Origin: a virus | Virus record (IMG/VR): IMGVR_UViG_3300025446_000004 | Location: 1-64,000 of that record | Direction: 5' to 3' (one strand) | DNA: 64,000 bases | Shown: in pieces, positions 45,916 through 54,770 of the stretch | Layout of the letters: each line of letters starts with the position of its first letter | Position numbering within the stretch: the stretch's first letter is position 1 | Notes under the pieces: model-generated | What the model was told of the DNA's origin: nothing | Databases searched by the model: none | The model's input: only the letters and a program-made list of their open reading frames with translations | Translations under genes and position numbers: made by a program

Positions 45916-46374
45916 ATGGCCTACAGTCCGTGTCCGAAGTGCCAAACGAAAGAAGAGTTTGATAACTTTTTTGCCACAATGCCCGAGGCGGAAGCAATCG
46001 AGTCCGCTGGATTCGCAGTCATGGAACCGGGATTCCGGTTGAAATGCAATCGAAATCCTGACCATCATTGGGAAACCTCAGAGGGCCTACACAGAGACCT
46101 TGCAGCAGCCGGGCATACAGGCCGCCGGGCGTTGAACGTTATGGAACTACCGGGGACAGCACCCAAGCGTAAACCAGTGCGCTATGAGCGAGGGCCGATT
46201 GGACTCTTGTTCGATATATTGTTTCCAGAATCCGAGGGCTTTCGGTGTAAACTTTTACCGGAAGCCAAGCACTGCCTCCATCGGGCGATGTGCCACTTGC
46301 GCGGTGATTTAAAAAATACATATCCGTCTACCAAGGATGGTGTTCCGGTACCCGGAGTCGTTTGGAACGATTAG
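45916..46374 (+). CDS. Hypothetical protein
   Basis: AAGGAG RBS; CPKC...C...H. Confidence 0.6.
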   Translation: MAYSPCPKCQTKEEFDNFFATMPEAEAIESAGFAVMEPGFRLKCNRNPDHHWETSEGLHRDLAAAGHTGRRALNVMELPGTAPKRKPVRYERGPIGLLFDILFPESEGFRCKLLPEAKHCLHRAMCHLRGDLKNTYPSTKDGVPVPGVVWND

Positions 46375-46407
46375 TTACTTTGGTGACGAGACGTTTTGTT
46401 TTGGTAC

Positions 46408-46435
46408 TTGACAGGTTTAGGTGCAGTGTTACACT
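46408..46435 (+). promoter_or_regulatory. Sigma70-type promoter
   Basis: TTGACA-16-TACACT with TG extension. Confidence 0.6.
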
Positions 46436-46444
46436 AAGGGTGCA

Positions 46445-46900
46445 ATGAAAAATACAACACAAACCGAGTCTTTGGCGTTTCCAAGTGAGCATTGGGCGGT
46501 GTTTAATCTCCATGTTAACAATGCCGGGAAGCGTGCGATTCGAGTGACCGAACGGGAATTTGGAGCAACGAACAAAAAATATATAAAGCTCAAGAACTTG
46601 TTTGAGTTGCACGAAATCATGGCGATCTTTGGGGAGAAGCCCAACCGAGTGACCAAGTTTTTCGCCCATATGGTATATATATTTGCCAATGGGTTTGATG
46701 TGGCTCCGCGCAACACCACCGGACCAACCGACGATGGTATCGTCTATGCGGAAGGCAAGCTCCCAGACAATCGTTTGGTAACATTTTTTTTAAACCGCGA
46801 CACTGGACTTGTAACGGTGGAACTTACAACCAACAAGGGCAATGGCGTGACAACTTTATTGAAAAAGCAGGTTTACAATGGCCGCCAAAAAGCAAGTTGA
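46445..46900 (+). CDS. Hypothetical protein (C-terminus paralogous to the next gene)
   Basis: KLPDNRLVTFFLNRDTGLVTVEL. Confidence 0.65.
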   Translation: MKNTTQTESLAFPSEHWAVFNLHVNNAGKRAIRVTEREFGATNKKYIKLKNLFELHEIMAIFGEKPNRVTKFFAHMVYIFANGFDVAPRNTTGPTDDGIVYAEGKLPDNRLVTFFLNRDTGLVTVELTTNKGNGVTTLLKKQVYNGRQKAS

Positions 46901-47168
46901 GCCGACCCATCTTGGGCCAATAGTCCAATCAGTGACCACTAAGGGCGGTTCAGTAATGTTCAACGAGGCTCACGGCGTGTGGGCATCCTACGCAGTAGCC
47001 GGATGTGGCGATGAGGAACCCCGATTGGAACTGTTCTATGCTGGTATAAAGTTACCAGATGGGCGCAATGTTTTACTGTTTGTCAATCGGGAGAATGGTC
47101 TTGTAGTTGTCGATGTAGTAAATAAAGATCAGCACGGCGGAATCGAAATTTTCCGAAAGAAGGTGTAA
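46878..47168 (+). CDS. Hypothetical protein
   Basis: KLPDGRNVLLFVNRENGLVVVDV. Confidence 0.65.
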   Translation: MAAKKQVEPTHLGPIVQSVTTKGGSVMFNEAHGVWASYAVAGCGDEEPRLELFYAGIKLPDGRNVLLFVNRENGLVVVDVVNKDQHGGIEIFRKKV

Positions 47169-47300
47169 TGTGAAATCAGTCACGACAGGCGGCAAGTCGC
47201 TCAAACGCAACGTGAAGAATCCAAAGGCACACGAAGTGTGGATACAGCGCAAGCGCGAACGCAACGCGCAGAAGGTGAATCCACAGAAGAAGGGGTAACC

Positions 47301-47744
47301 ATGACACCGGTTAATTCAAAGCGATGTAAGATCAAGCGCATGGTTCATAATACCGTGCCTTTAATCAATCACCCGATACGTGAGGGATTTTGTGTGGTTG
47401 ATGGGAAAAAAATATATCCGAACATCAAGGCCGGATGGAGCGCAATAAACTATATCAGGGCGAACGGCAATGATACGCGGCCCCGTAATGATATGCGTCC
47501 ATACCTCAGTGAATCGTGCGGACATATTCACATCGGGCACTACAAGTCTCAGCAGCAAGAGGTAACACCGAGCACCGGGGTTGAGCACGGTGCTCCGAGC
47601 ACGGTGCTCAGTGGACCGAACTACACCGAGCACGGGCCGAGCACCAAGGCACCGGTTAATGCGCGGGGGTTCCAGCATCGGGGGCGCACGATCCGACGCA
47701 AGACGGAACCACCCGCGCACGTGAGTCAAGAAAGGATAAACTAA
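47301..47744 (+). CDS. Hypothetical protein containing a GAGCAC repeat array
   Basis: GKKIY...MRPY...CGHIHIGH motif; start uncertain. Confidence 0.5.
   Translation: MTPVNSKRCKIKRMVHNTVPLINHPIREGFCVVDGKKIYPNIKAGWSAINYIRANGNDTRPRNDMRPYLSESCGHIHIGHYKSQQQEVTPSTGVEHGAPSTVLSGPNYTEHGPSTKAPVNARGFQHRGRTIRRKTEPPAHVSQERIN
47568..47646. repeat. GAGCAC/GTGCTC array
   Basis: 5 GAGCAC and 2 GTGCTC, including tandem GAGCACGGTGCTC palindromes. Confidence 0.85.
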
Positions 47745-47900
47745 TATATGGCCGTTTGCACTATAAAGTTATCCGGGCGGCGATGTCCAAGACCACAGTA
47801 GGGTAACATAATAGGAGGCCATTGCTTATAAAGGGGCGTGCCGGGCCAAAACAAGTTGGTACTCTATATCTTTTTATCAAACTTGAAAGGAGAAAAGAAC

Positions 47901-48089
47901 GTGGGCAAAGCAAACGTGATCCTAGTGAAAGAGTTTTTGAATCTCAACACAAACTGACCAGTACCACTCACCGAAATGAACGAGTTCTGGAAATCATGTT
48001 CCATGGAGGAACGCGAACAGTACGCGGCGGAGGTTCGCAAACTGGTTCCGGAACTTGACGGCGCAACGACTGCGGCTGTACCGGCATAA
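47901..48089 (+). pseudogene. Small protein with in-frame TGA
   Basis: AAAGGAG RBS, GTG start, MGKANVILVKEFLNLNTN*PVPLTEMNEFWKSCSMEEREQY... Confidence 0.5.
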
Positions 48090-48167
48090 CTCCGTTGTCA
48101 CACTGCGCTATTAAATATGCAGTGTGACTCCGGTTTGTTGTAAATTCAACACTGAAAGGAGCATGAA

Positions 48168-48908
48168 ATGTGCAATTTCGCATCATCCGTTATCACCGCT
48201 GACAGAGAATTTTTTCTGCCTACTGAGGATTCTCACAGTACTATTATTCGCCATTTCGGCCTACACGAATGGGGAACTCATGACCCAAACATCGTGAAGG
48301 TTGAAATTACTCCCAATAAAAATATGACCGTGTTCCCAAGTTTGGACACATGGACATATCGTGTGGATCAGGATAAGTTTCCTGAATGGCATACTGCCAA
48401 TCCAGCGGACACTGAGAGACGCGCAAGAGCGGCACTTAAGCTGCGTGCCAAACGTGGATTCAAGGTTGTCGAGTTGAATGGAACTGACAAACTTGTATCG
48501 CTTACTCTTCCAAAAAGAATCGCACGGTTAAACGTTAACGGGGCGCGGCTCCTCAAGAGTGTTGTAGCTCCGGGTGCCAAACAGGTGTCCCTCTACGGCG
48601 TGCCGAATCTGGAAAAACTTACCGTACCAAATGCCACAAAGTATGTGAGTATCGTAAGTTCGAAAAAGTTAACCAAACTGGCACTCCCTAAAGCCGATAC
48701 TGTCGAAGCCAGAGGTAACCCTAACCTACAGTATTTGTCTGCTGCGGTTGCCAACTGTGTTGATGCCCGAAACAATAAAAATCTCGCCAAAATCTATGCG
48801 CCAAAGGCAACGCGAGTGTATGTGACTGGTTGCCTGAAGAACGTCAAGATCAAGGCGAAAAAGGGCGCGTCCATTTATCGTGGGACTGGCACCGCATATG
48901 CCAAGTAA
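48168..48908 (+). CDS. LRR-like beta-solenoid repeat protein
   Basis: Repeats of LxxLxxPxAxxVxxxG; N-terminal domain shared with 50941..51417. Confidence 0.75.
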   Translation: MCNFASSVITADREFFLPTEDSHSTIIRHFGLHEWGTHDPNIVKVEITPNKNMTVFPSLDTWTYRVDQDKFPEWHTANPADTERRARAALKLRAKRGFKVVELNGTDKLVSLTLPKRIARLNVNGARLLKSVVAPGAKQVSLYGVPNLEKLTVPNATKYVSIVSSKKLTKLALPKADTVEARGNPNLQYLSAAVANCVDARNNKNLAKIYAPKATRVYVTGCLKNVKIKAKKGASIYRGTGTAYAK

Positions 48909-48966
48909 CCCCAACCCGTATATTTATATACGGAACTCCCGAGAGGGAGATTTTGGAGAAAAATAC

Positions 48967-49275
48967 ATGGAAAGCAATGACGTAAACACACTCGCAGGAG
49001 CAATAACCGGAATGGACCTAACAGGCAAGGTTGTAGTCATTAAGGCTAGCGAATTGATATACCCATGGAACATTGGTGACCGGCGAGTTCTTATTCAAGG
49101 TGGGTTTGGTTGCAACCCACTTTTCTCGGGGTCCACAGTGTTAGGTATATTTTTTGCCGATGGTAACTCTAGTCGATTCCAGAGAGACAACATTGCGGGA
49201 TTGGCCGCCAATACTGAATTGACCCCGGCAGCACAGGAAACATTGGATAAAGAAAAGGCTAAATTTGGCAAGTAA
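48967..49275 (+). CDS. Hypothetical protein
   Basis: DLTGKVVVIK...GGFGCNP motif; GGAG RBS. Confidence 0.65.
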   Translation: MESNDVNTLAGAITGMDLTGKVVVIKASELIYPWNIGDRRVLIQGGFGCNPLFSGSTVLGIFFADGNSSRFQRDNIAGLAANTELTPAAQETLDKEKAKFGK

Positions 49276-49322
49276 CTTTAGTAATCTTGACGAATTTTGA
49301 AAATCGTGATAAGGTCAACATC

Positions 49323-49541
49323 ATGGTAAAATCAAGCAAACCCGAAAAGAAACTTAGGCGTACTGGCCCAAGATTCTTTTTTGTATTTGATTTTAATTTA
49401 CAATGGTTAGCCCCTAAGTTTTCATATGGACAGAAACTTGGATATATTCATATGGGGTGGTTATCGTTGATGTTTGGATTCGGCATAGCACGGGATACTT
49501 TTTTTGATACACTCGATAAAGGGCTCTGGGGCGCATTGTGA
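49323..49541 (+). CDS. Hypothetical protein
   Basis: ORF following a TTGACG-17-TAAGGT promoter-like sequence. Confidence 0.45.
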   Translation: MVKSSKPEKKLRRTGPRFFFVFDFNLQWLAPKFSYGQKLGYIHMGWLSLMFGFGIARDTFFDTLDKGLWGAL

Positions 49542-50179
49542 ATAGAGCGAAATCAAACCGAGTGGTAAGGCTCATGAACAAGTGGTGGGCCGCAACGAAG
49601 AAAGCTGACGCTATCAAGCGTCAACTGAATGCCCAAATGATTACACAGCCAAACATGGGCAACGGTGTGCCGTGTACCGTCCACTATTCAGCGGGTGATG
49701 AAGGGCAGCCATGGGTACACCCGTCATGGGGAAGCCGCCCAGAGCCGCCAGCACCGGAGAAGTTTGATATAAAGTTTAACGAAGAGACGGCACATCGGGC
49801 AAAAATTATCACGGACAACCTGAAATCTTTACAGGCGAAACTCGAAGGGTTGTCCAATGGTACTTTACGTCCTAACAAGGGTGTTTTCAAAGACTTAACA
49901 AATAGCGTTGAGTCTGCCCGGATGCAAATCGAGAACAACATTCCTTACATCCAACAGTGCGCTGCTGAGGAACTGGAAAAAAAGGTAGGGGCAGCCGTAA
50001 TGGAATTTGAGGCGTACATGACTCGAAGCTGTGAAGCTAGAGGGTTAGCAGCGATGCGCTCCGGGGCACCTGTATTGGCCCTACAAGCGTCTACTGGCCC
50101 GGATAGGGTCGATGTACCCCAACTGACAGATGGCGCGTCTGAAGACGAATCTGAGCCACTAGAAGGGCATGGGGTATAA
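49538..50179 (+). CDS. Hypothetical protein
   Basis: 213 aa; NMGNGVPCTV motif, helical C-terminus. Confidence 0.65.
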   Translation: MNRAKSNRVVRLMNKWWAATKKADAIKRQLNAQMITQPNMGNGVPCTVHYSAGDEGQPWVHPSWGSRPEPPAPEKFDIKFNEETAHRAKIITDNLKSLQAKLEGLSNGTLRPNKGVFKDLTNSVESARMQIENNIPYIQQCAAEELEKKVGAAVMEFEAYMTRSCEARGLAAMRSGAPVLALQASTGPDRVDVPQLTDGASEDESEPLEGHGV

Positions 50180-50531
50180 TATGGAAATCACCAAGCTACA
50201 AAGTGGATTTGCTCAGCATGTATCTCATATTGAGCGCGATAATGAGATACATGCCCAATATTATTCAACCATGTTCGAGCAGTTTGTTGATATAAATATA
50301 TTACATAAACCAGAACGCGATATGGGTACAGCGCAGAAAGCCATAGAAGAATACAAAAAACAGTATCCATCGCAGATAAGGTTTCGCATTGTTTTGACCG
50401 ATAAATCCAGTATGGTCATTGATGTAACGTATCCGAAGGAAACAACTGGTACAGTTTGTCCACATTACCATCGGGACGGTCACGTAGCCGGTTATTGCCC
50501 GGCCTTGACAAGAGAAGATCACATAGGATAA
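50169..50531 (+). CDS. Hypothetical protein
   Basis: 120 aa co-oriented ORF. Confidence 0.55.
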   Translation: MGYNMEITKLQSGFAQHVSHIERDNEIHAQYYSTMFEQFVDINILHKPERDMGTAQKAIEEYKKQYPSQIRFRIVLTDKSSMVIDVTYPKETTGTVCPHYHRDGHVAGYCPALTREDHIG

Positions 50532-50539
50532 AGTAGAGT

Positions 50540-50912
50540 CATGGTCCCGGTACCTGTATCTACCGGGTGGTGGAGGGCCGTTGGGTGCCCCTCGTAGCAG
50601 TCAGTCGTAAGGCTGCTACGTTTTAAGCATGTAGAAAGGTGCGGAATACAATTTCGGACACGGGTTCGACTCCCGTCGCTTCCACCATAAAAATATATGG
50701 GAGCGTCACGGTTTCGACGGAATTGAAACATGCAAGCTAGTTCATGCCGGGATTGGTGCTCACCGTGACGAGAACTAAACACAAACTGCCACACTGCGTG
50801 ACGGTTGGAATAGGCTTAAGGCGGCGTTCTTCGGAACGTTTGCGTTTAGTCCTGTTCTTGCGACTGCTTAACCGTAGTCAAGGGTTTCCCGTGTCCTTAA
50901 CCAATCACGGGA
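50540..50912 (+). ncRNA. ssrA: Circularly permuted (two-piece) tmRNA
   Basis: 3' part GGACACGGGTTCGACTCCCGTCGCTTCCACCA ends at 50687; 11-nt spacer; 5' part GGGAGCGTCACGGTTTCGAC starts at 50699; stem GGGAGCG/CGCTTCC with G3.U70; tag ORF 50788-50871; outer limits approximate. Confidence 0.88.
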
Positions 50913-50940
50913 TTTGTAATATGTTTTTAGGAGGAATATC

Positions 50941-51417
50941 ATGTGTAAGTTCGCAAGCTTTGTTCTAACAAAGGATCAAGAGTTTTATGACGAAACTGGA
51001 GATTTGCACAGCGAAATTATCTCTCAAAACAATCTTCACGAATGGGGAACTCATGGCCCAAACATCGTCAAGGTTGAAATCACTCCCGTTGACAAAATCA
51101 AAAAATGGCCATCGTTAAAAGCATGGGTATTTAAAATAGATCAAGACATTTTGCCGAATTGGGCTGACGCCGAAACTTGTGAAAAACGTACACGGGCAGC
51201 GTTAGCGAGAAGAAGCAAAAAAGGTTTCAAAACAGTGGACGCAAGGGGTTGCACAGCTTTGACGGAACTCAAGGCGGGCGCAGCTACGTATGTGGACGCA
51301 AGGGGTTGCACAGCTTTGACGGAACTCAAGGCGGACGCAGCTACGTCTGTGGACGCAAGAGGTTGCAATACAAATCTTAAGATCAAAGCTAAAAAAGGTG
51401 CAACAATTTATCGCTAA
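50941..51417 (+). CDS. LRR-like repeat protein (paralogue of 48168..48908)
   Basis: MCKFASFVLTKDQEF...LHEWGTHGPNIVKVEITP; 19-aa repeats VDARGCTALTELKAxAAT. Confidence 0.75.
   Translation: MCKFASFVLTKDQEFYDETGDLHSEIISQNNLHEWGTHGPNIVKVEITPVDKIKKWPSLKAWVFKIDQDILPNWADAETCEKRTRAALARRSKKGFKTVDARGCTALTELKAGAATYVDARGCTALTELKADAATSVDARGCNTNLKIKAKKGATIYR
51235..51367 (+). repeat. 57-bp tandem repeat (about 2.3 copies)
   Basis: Units start at 51235, 51292, 51349. Confidence 0.9.
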
Positions 51418-51428
51418 TGCTACCTTAA

Positions 51429-51992
51429 TTGAGGATATACTTGATCGTGAAATATTTAACCATTGACGAGCTACAACGACTATTGGCAGCGGTGGATAAT
51501 CCACGCCATAAGTTGATGCTCAAGGTTGCGTTTCTTCACGGTCTCAGGGTCTCGGAGTTGATCGGGCTTACCACTAAAAATATACAGGGAGACTATTTGA
51601 CAGTACAACGACTCAAAGGGTCTCGTAAAACATCGCAACCGCTGGCCGGTGATCCGGACCAACCGTTATTTAATGAGGTTGTAGAGCTAAATGAGTTGGT
51701 ACTCAAGCTAAACCCCGGAGATCGGTTGTTTCCCATAACCCGCTTTGGAGTCTATAACCTCATTCGCAGAGCCGGAAAGAAAGCCGGGATAAACGAGACG
51801 AAATTGTTCCCACACGCGCTTAAGCATTCGATTGCAATGAGTGCGATCAATACGTCGGGTATTCAATTCGTTAGGCAATGGCTAGGGCACAAGTCAATTG
51901 CTAGCACCGGCTACTATTTGGAAGCAACAGATGACGAAGCGGCTAAATCGATTTATAGGGCGCTGCATGTAGCCGGGGAGACAAAGCTATGA
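51429..51992 (+). CDS. FimB/FimE-like tyrosine recombinase (catalytic domain only)
   Basis: HGLRVSE, RLKG, PHALKHS, WLGHKSI..T..Y. Confidence 0.85.
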   Translation: MRIYLIVKYLTIDELQRLLAAVDNPRHKLMLKVAFLHGLRVSELIGLTTKNIQGDYLTVQRLKGSRKTSQPLAGDPDQPLFNEVVELNELVLKLNPGDRLFPITRFGVYNLIRRAGKKAGINETKLFPHALKHSIAMSAINTSGIQFVRQWLGHKSIASTGYYLEATDDEAAKSIYRALHVAGETKL

Positions 51993-52315
51993 AATACATT
52001 GGCAAGATGGACCCCGAATGCATCCCTTTATGTGATGCCATGAATGCTCTGCCCGGCATCAAGACATTTGAATCGTGTTGCGGACACGGTAAACATGCAT
52101 TTATTGTGTTTTTTAAAGCACCCTCATTTAACGCCATTAAACCCATCATAGCGGCAGCGGAGATTTGGTATTGGACAGTTCGAGTAAAGTGTTCCAGTGT
52201 TACTGATGAAATGTACTTTATATTAGAATCACCAGAACCAGACAGTAATTGGAAATTTGACACCATTCTCAGCACAGTAGAGGATATTACAAAAATTTTG
52301 GGAGAAAAAAGATGA
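51989..52315 (+). CDS. Hypothetical protein
   Basis: MDPECIPLCDAMN.LPGIKTFESCCGHG motif. Confidence 0.65.
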   Translation: MKYIGKMDPECIPLCDAMNALPGIKTFESCCGHGKHAFIVFFKAPSFNAIKPIIAAAEIWYWTVRVKCSSVTDEMYFILESPEPDSNWKFDTILSTVEDITKILGEKR

Positions 52316-52665
52316 AACTTCGTGTGTGGTGGATTCCTCAAGTCCCCGGTAAGCGGTTTTTTGTTCCAGTAGAAGGGTTCGTACAGGCTAAACTTATATT
52401 AAAAGTCTTAGCCGAGTATGACTTGTTCCAACTGGCGAACAATATCAAAATCAAACCAGACTACTACAACATTGGTGGTCTTGAGGTTTATAATGAATGC
52501 GCGGAAGATGGTGAAGTTATCGGATGGGAGGCTTGGAACGATTATGACCAAGAGGATTCATGCTGCACCTATGGTACTATTGACGATGTAGACTTTGAGC
52601 GGGCAGTGGAACTAGACCGGCGCAGTGGCATCATCAATCATATAATCGAAGGAGATGAGGTTTGA
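52312..52665 (+). CDS. P22 gp17-like protein (often annotated superinfection exclusion)
   Basis: MKLRVWWIPQVP...LAEYDLFQ..NNI..PDY.N.GGLE pattern recalled from this family. Confidence 0.7.
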   Translation: MKLRVWWIPQVPGKRFFVPVEGFVQAKLILKVLAEYDLFQLANNIKIKPDYYNIGGLEVYNECAEDGEVIGWEAWNDYDQEDSCCTYGTIDDVDFERAVELDRRSGIINHIIEGDEV

Positions 52666-52666
52666 G

Positions 52667-52909
52667 ATGGAGCAGCGGGAATCAGGGCTTAACATTACGA
52701 TGAAATTGGCGCATAGTCGGTTGAACAATTGGGAAGGAAAAAAGTTGCGCCCGTTGTGTTTGAACTGTGGTGAGAAGGCGACCAATGAGTTGCCGTCTTG
52801 CAGTAACCCGAAATGCATTCGGATTGTGCGACCAATCTATCGATGGGCTGTCCGTGTTGCGAAGTGGGCGACAACCAAAGCCGTTAAACCAGCAAAGGCA
52901 ACACTATGA
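52667..52909 (+). CDS. Zinc-finger hypothetical protein
   Basis: CLNCG...C....C. Confidence 0.5.
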   Translation: MEQRESGLNITMKLAHSRLNNWEGKKLRPLCLNCGEKATNELPSCSNPKCIRIVRPIYRWAVRVAKWATTKAVKPAKATL

Positions 52910-53463
52910 TCGACACCATATGTGCTCTCGTGGATTGGAAATGTAATCTCAAGTGTAGCTATTGCTGCAATGAGATTCCACGGTTCCGCAATCAGATTAA
53001 ACCGATTGCCTTTGCCGATATTGATTGGAAGAAGTATCCCAACGTGTGCATCAGCGGCGGGGAGCCTTTGCTTTTTCCTGAGCGAGTCAAGCGCATCTGT
53101 GTGGCAGCACTGGATGCTTATAAAATTTTATATACTAACGGAGTTTTTCTGACCGAGGGTATGGCTGACGATCTTAGCAGATGGGGCATCGCGGCTGTAA
53201 ATGTTGGCCTACACGTAGAAAAAAGTTTCGATGTGTTGATAAAGCGTATTTGCTATAATGTTCGTTACCAAAATTTCAACACCCGATTCCATGTACGGAA
53301 CATTTATAGACCGTTGGTTTATAAGTGGGAGGCCCAAGGGATTAACTTTAGGTACTGGAAGATGGGTGACTGTGACCGACCGAACGAAGATCGAGTCATT
53401 ATTACAGACCGGAACAAATTGGAGGGAACCGAATGTCCGTTACCGTTATTGACACAGGTGTAA
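52906..53463 (+). CDS. Short radical SAM protein
   Basis: CNLKCSYC, ISGGEPL, LYTNG. Confidence 0.85.
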   Translation: MIDTICALVDWKCNLKCSYCCNEIPRFRNQIKPIAFADIDWKKYPNVCISGGEPLLFPERVKRICVAALDAYKILYTNGVFLTEGMADDLSRWGIAAVNVGLHVEKSFDVLIKRICYNVRYQNFNTRFHVRNIYRPLVYKWEAQGINFRYWKMGDCDRPNEDRVIITDRNKLEGTECPLPLLTQV

Positions 53464-53681
53464 ACACACCAAAGAAGCGGCGTCACAGAATACGTGTCCG
53501 CAATCATGTGATCCAGAATATTCTTGGTTCACTCTTTGGGGCGTCGGCTATTGCCGCGATTAGCACATTTTCACCGTTCGCTGCTATCATTGCCGTAGGG
53601 TCACTTATTGGCATGATTATGGCCGACCGTGTGGATATTGAAGAGGAAGAGGAACTGTCTGATGAAGCCAAGTCTAGCTAA
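53433..53681 (+). CDS. Small membrane protein
   Basis: Two hydrophobic helices, acidic tail. Confidence 0.55.
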   Translation: MSVTVIDTGVNTPKKRRHRIRVRNHVIQNILGSLFGASAIAAISTFSPFAAIIAVGSLIGMIMADRVDIEEEEELSDEAKSS

Positions 53682-53868
53682 AATTATATTAGCTTCGTGC
53701 TTCCTTCTGGCGGCTTGCGGGCACCAACCAGCACGGGTTGTGTTCCTTGACAATCAAGGTGCGCCCGTGCTTATATGTAAGTATGATGCGGCAACTGATT
53801 TGGTACTTAGTTGTCATTTGAAAGGCCGCAAGGCGCTGGATAGATTCGCCAATCGGCACATGAGGTAG
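53662..53868 (+). CDS. Small lipoprotein
   Basis: MKPSLAKIILASCFLLAAC lipobox. Confidence 0.55.
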   Translation: MKPSLAKIILASCFLLAACGHQPARVVFLDNQGAPVLICKYDAATDLVLSCHLKGRKALDRFANRHMR

Positions 53869-53872
53869 ACAA

Positions 53873-54238
53873 ATGCTCAACACGACGCTTGCATCAATCG
53901 CAGAAATGAGTGAACAAGAGTTGACTGAAATGCTCGAAGGTCTAGTCGAAAAAATTGGACTTGAGATAAACCAGCCAATGCATCAAATATTTGTGTCATT
54001 TCACCGTGATGCCAACAAGAGTAGTAATTTTGATATAGGCAAAGAAGGTTGGCCTGGAGGCGTTGTGGTTATTGCCCGTGGGCCGATAGATGCGGCCTTA
54101 CAGTTATTTGACCGGAATCTTTATCCCGGCGGTACTGCTGCGTTCTATGATGTTCCTGTGTATGCGGAGGTTGATGAGTCTGATAGATATAGGGCGCTGA
54201 ACAAAAATGATCTCATACGCTTTGCAGCAGAGGTATAA
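53873..54238 (+). CDS. Hypothetical protein
   Basis: GAGG RBS, 121 aa. Confidence 0.6.
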   Translation: MLNTTLASIAEMSEQELTEMLEGLVEKIGLEINQPMHQIFVSFHRDANKSSNFDIGKEGWPGGVVVIARGPIDAALQLFDRNLYPGGTAAFYDVPVYAEVDESDRYRALNKNDLIRFAAEV

Positions 54239-54239
54239 T

Positions 54240-54488
54240 ATGTTTTTATGGGTGTTGTTGTGGTTGCTGGTTTGTTCTCCGATTGGTCTATTGCTGGCCG
54301 GGTTTTTATATGGCCCGTACTATTATCACCCGGCGATTGGAACACACGGTAACATGCTGAAAGTCATCCGCTGGAACTGTATCGCAATGGGCATTGTATT
54401 AGGTTTGCTGATCGTAGTTCCCGTGCTATTTTTTTATACAGACAATGCCGACACGGTGAAAAAAGCCCGTTGGAAGTCCGTATTTTGA
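54240..54488 (+). CDS. Small membrane protein
   Basis: Two TM-like segments. Confidence 0.55.
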   Translation: MFLWVLLWLLVCSPIGLLLAGFLYGPYYYHPAIGTHGNMLKVIRWNCIAMGIVLGLLIVVPVLFFYTDNADTVKKARWKSVF

Positions 54489-54502
54489 CAGGAGGATTAA
54501 CA

Positions 54503-54712
54503 ATGAAGAGTGTAGTCATGGATCAATGGTACTCAATTGAGCATCAATTTAGAGGAAAAGGGGCATGGTCTCCAAGTGTACTCCAAGCGGACAAATACAT
54601 TACCCGAAAAGAAGGGCGCAAGGCGCTCAAAGAAGCCAAGAAAACCAATCCAGCAGGGAAATATCGCCTTGTGAAAACAACCGTGCTGACGCGAACCAAG
54701 GTAGTTCGGTAG
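54503..54712 (+). CDS. Small basic protein
   Basis: AGGAGG RBS; loosely similar to 31956..32147. Confidence 0.55.
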   Translation: MKSVVMDQWYSIEHQFRGKGAWSPSVLQADKYITRKEGRKALKEAKKTNPAGKYRLVKTTVLTRTKVVR

Positions 54713-54716
54713 CAAT

Positions 54717-54745
54717 TTGACAAATGAACGAAAATGTGCTATGTT
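54717..54745 (+). promoter_or_regulatory. Sigma70-type promoter
   Basis: TTGACA-17-TATGTT with TG extension. Confidence 0.65.
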
Positions 54746-54770
54746 ATAATTAGCACAGTGGAAACATGTC

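Noticed and set aside
48168-51417. Diversity-generating retroelement (TR/VR pair)
   Set aside because: Both copies are coding, differences are not adenine-specific, and no reverse transcriptase is visible
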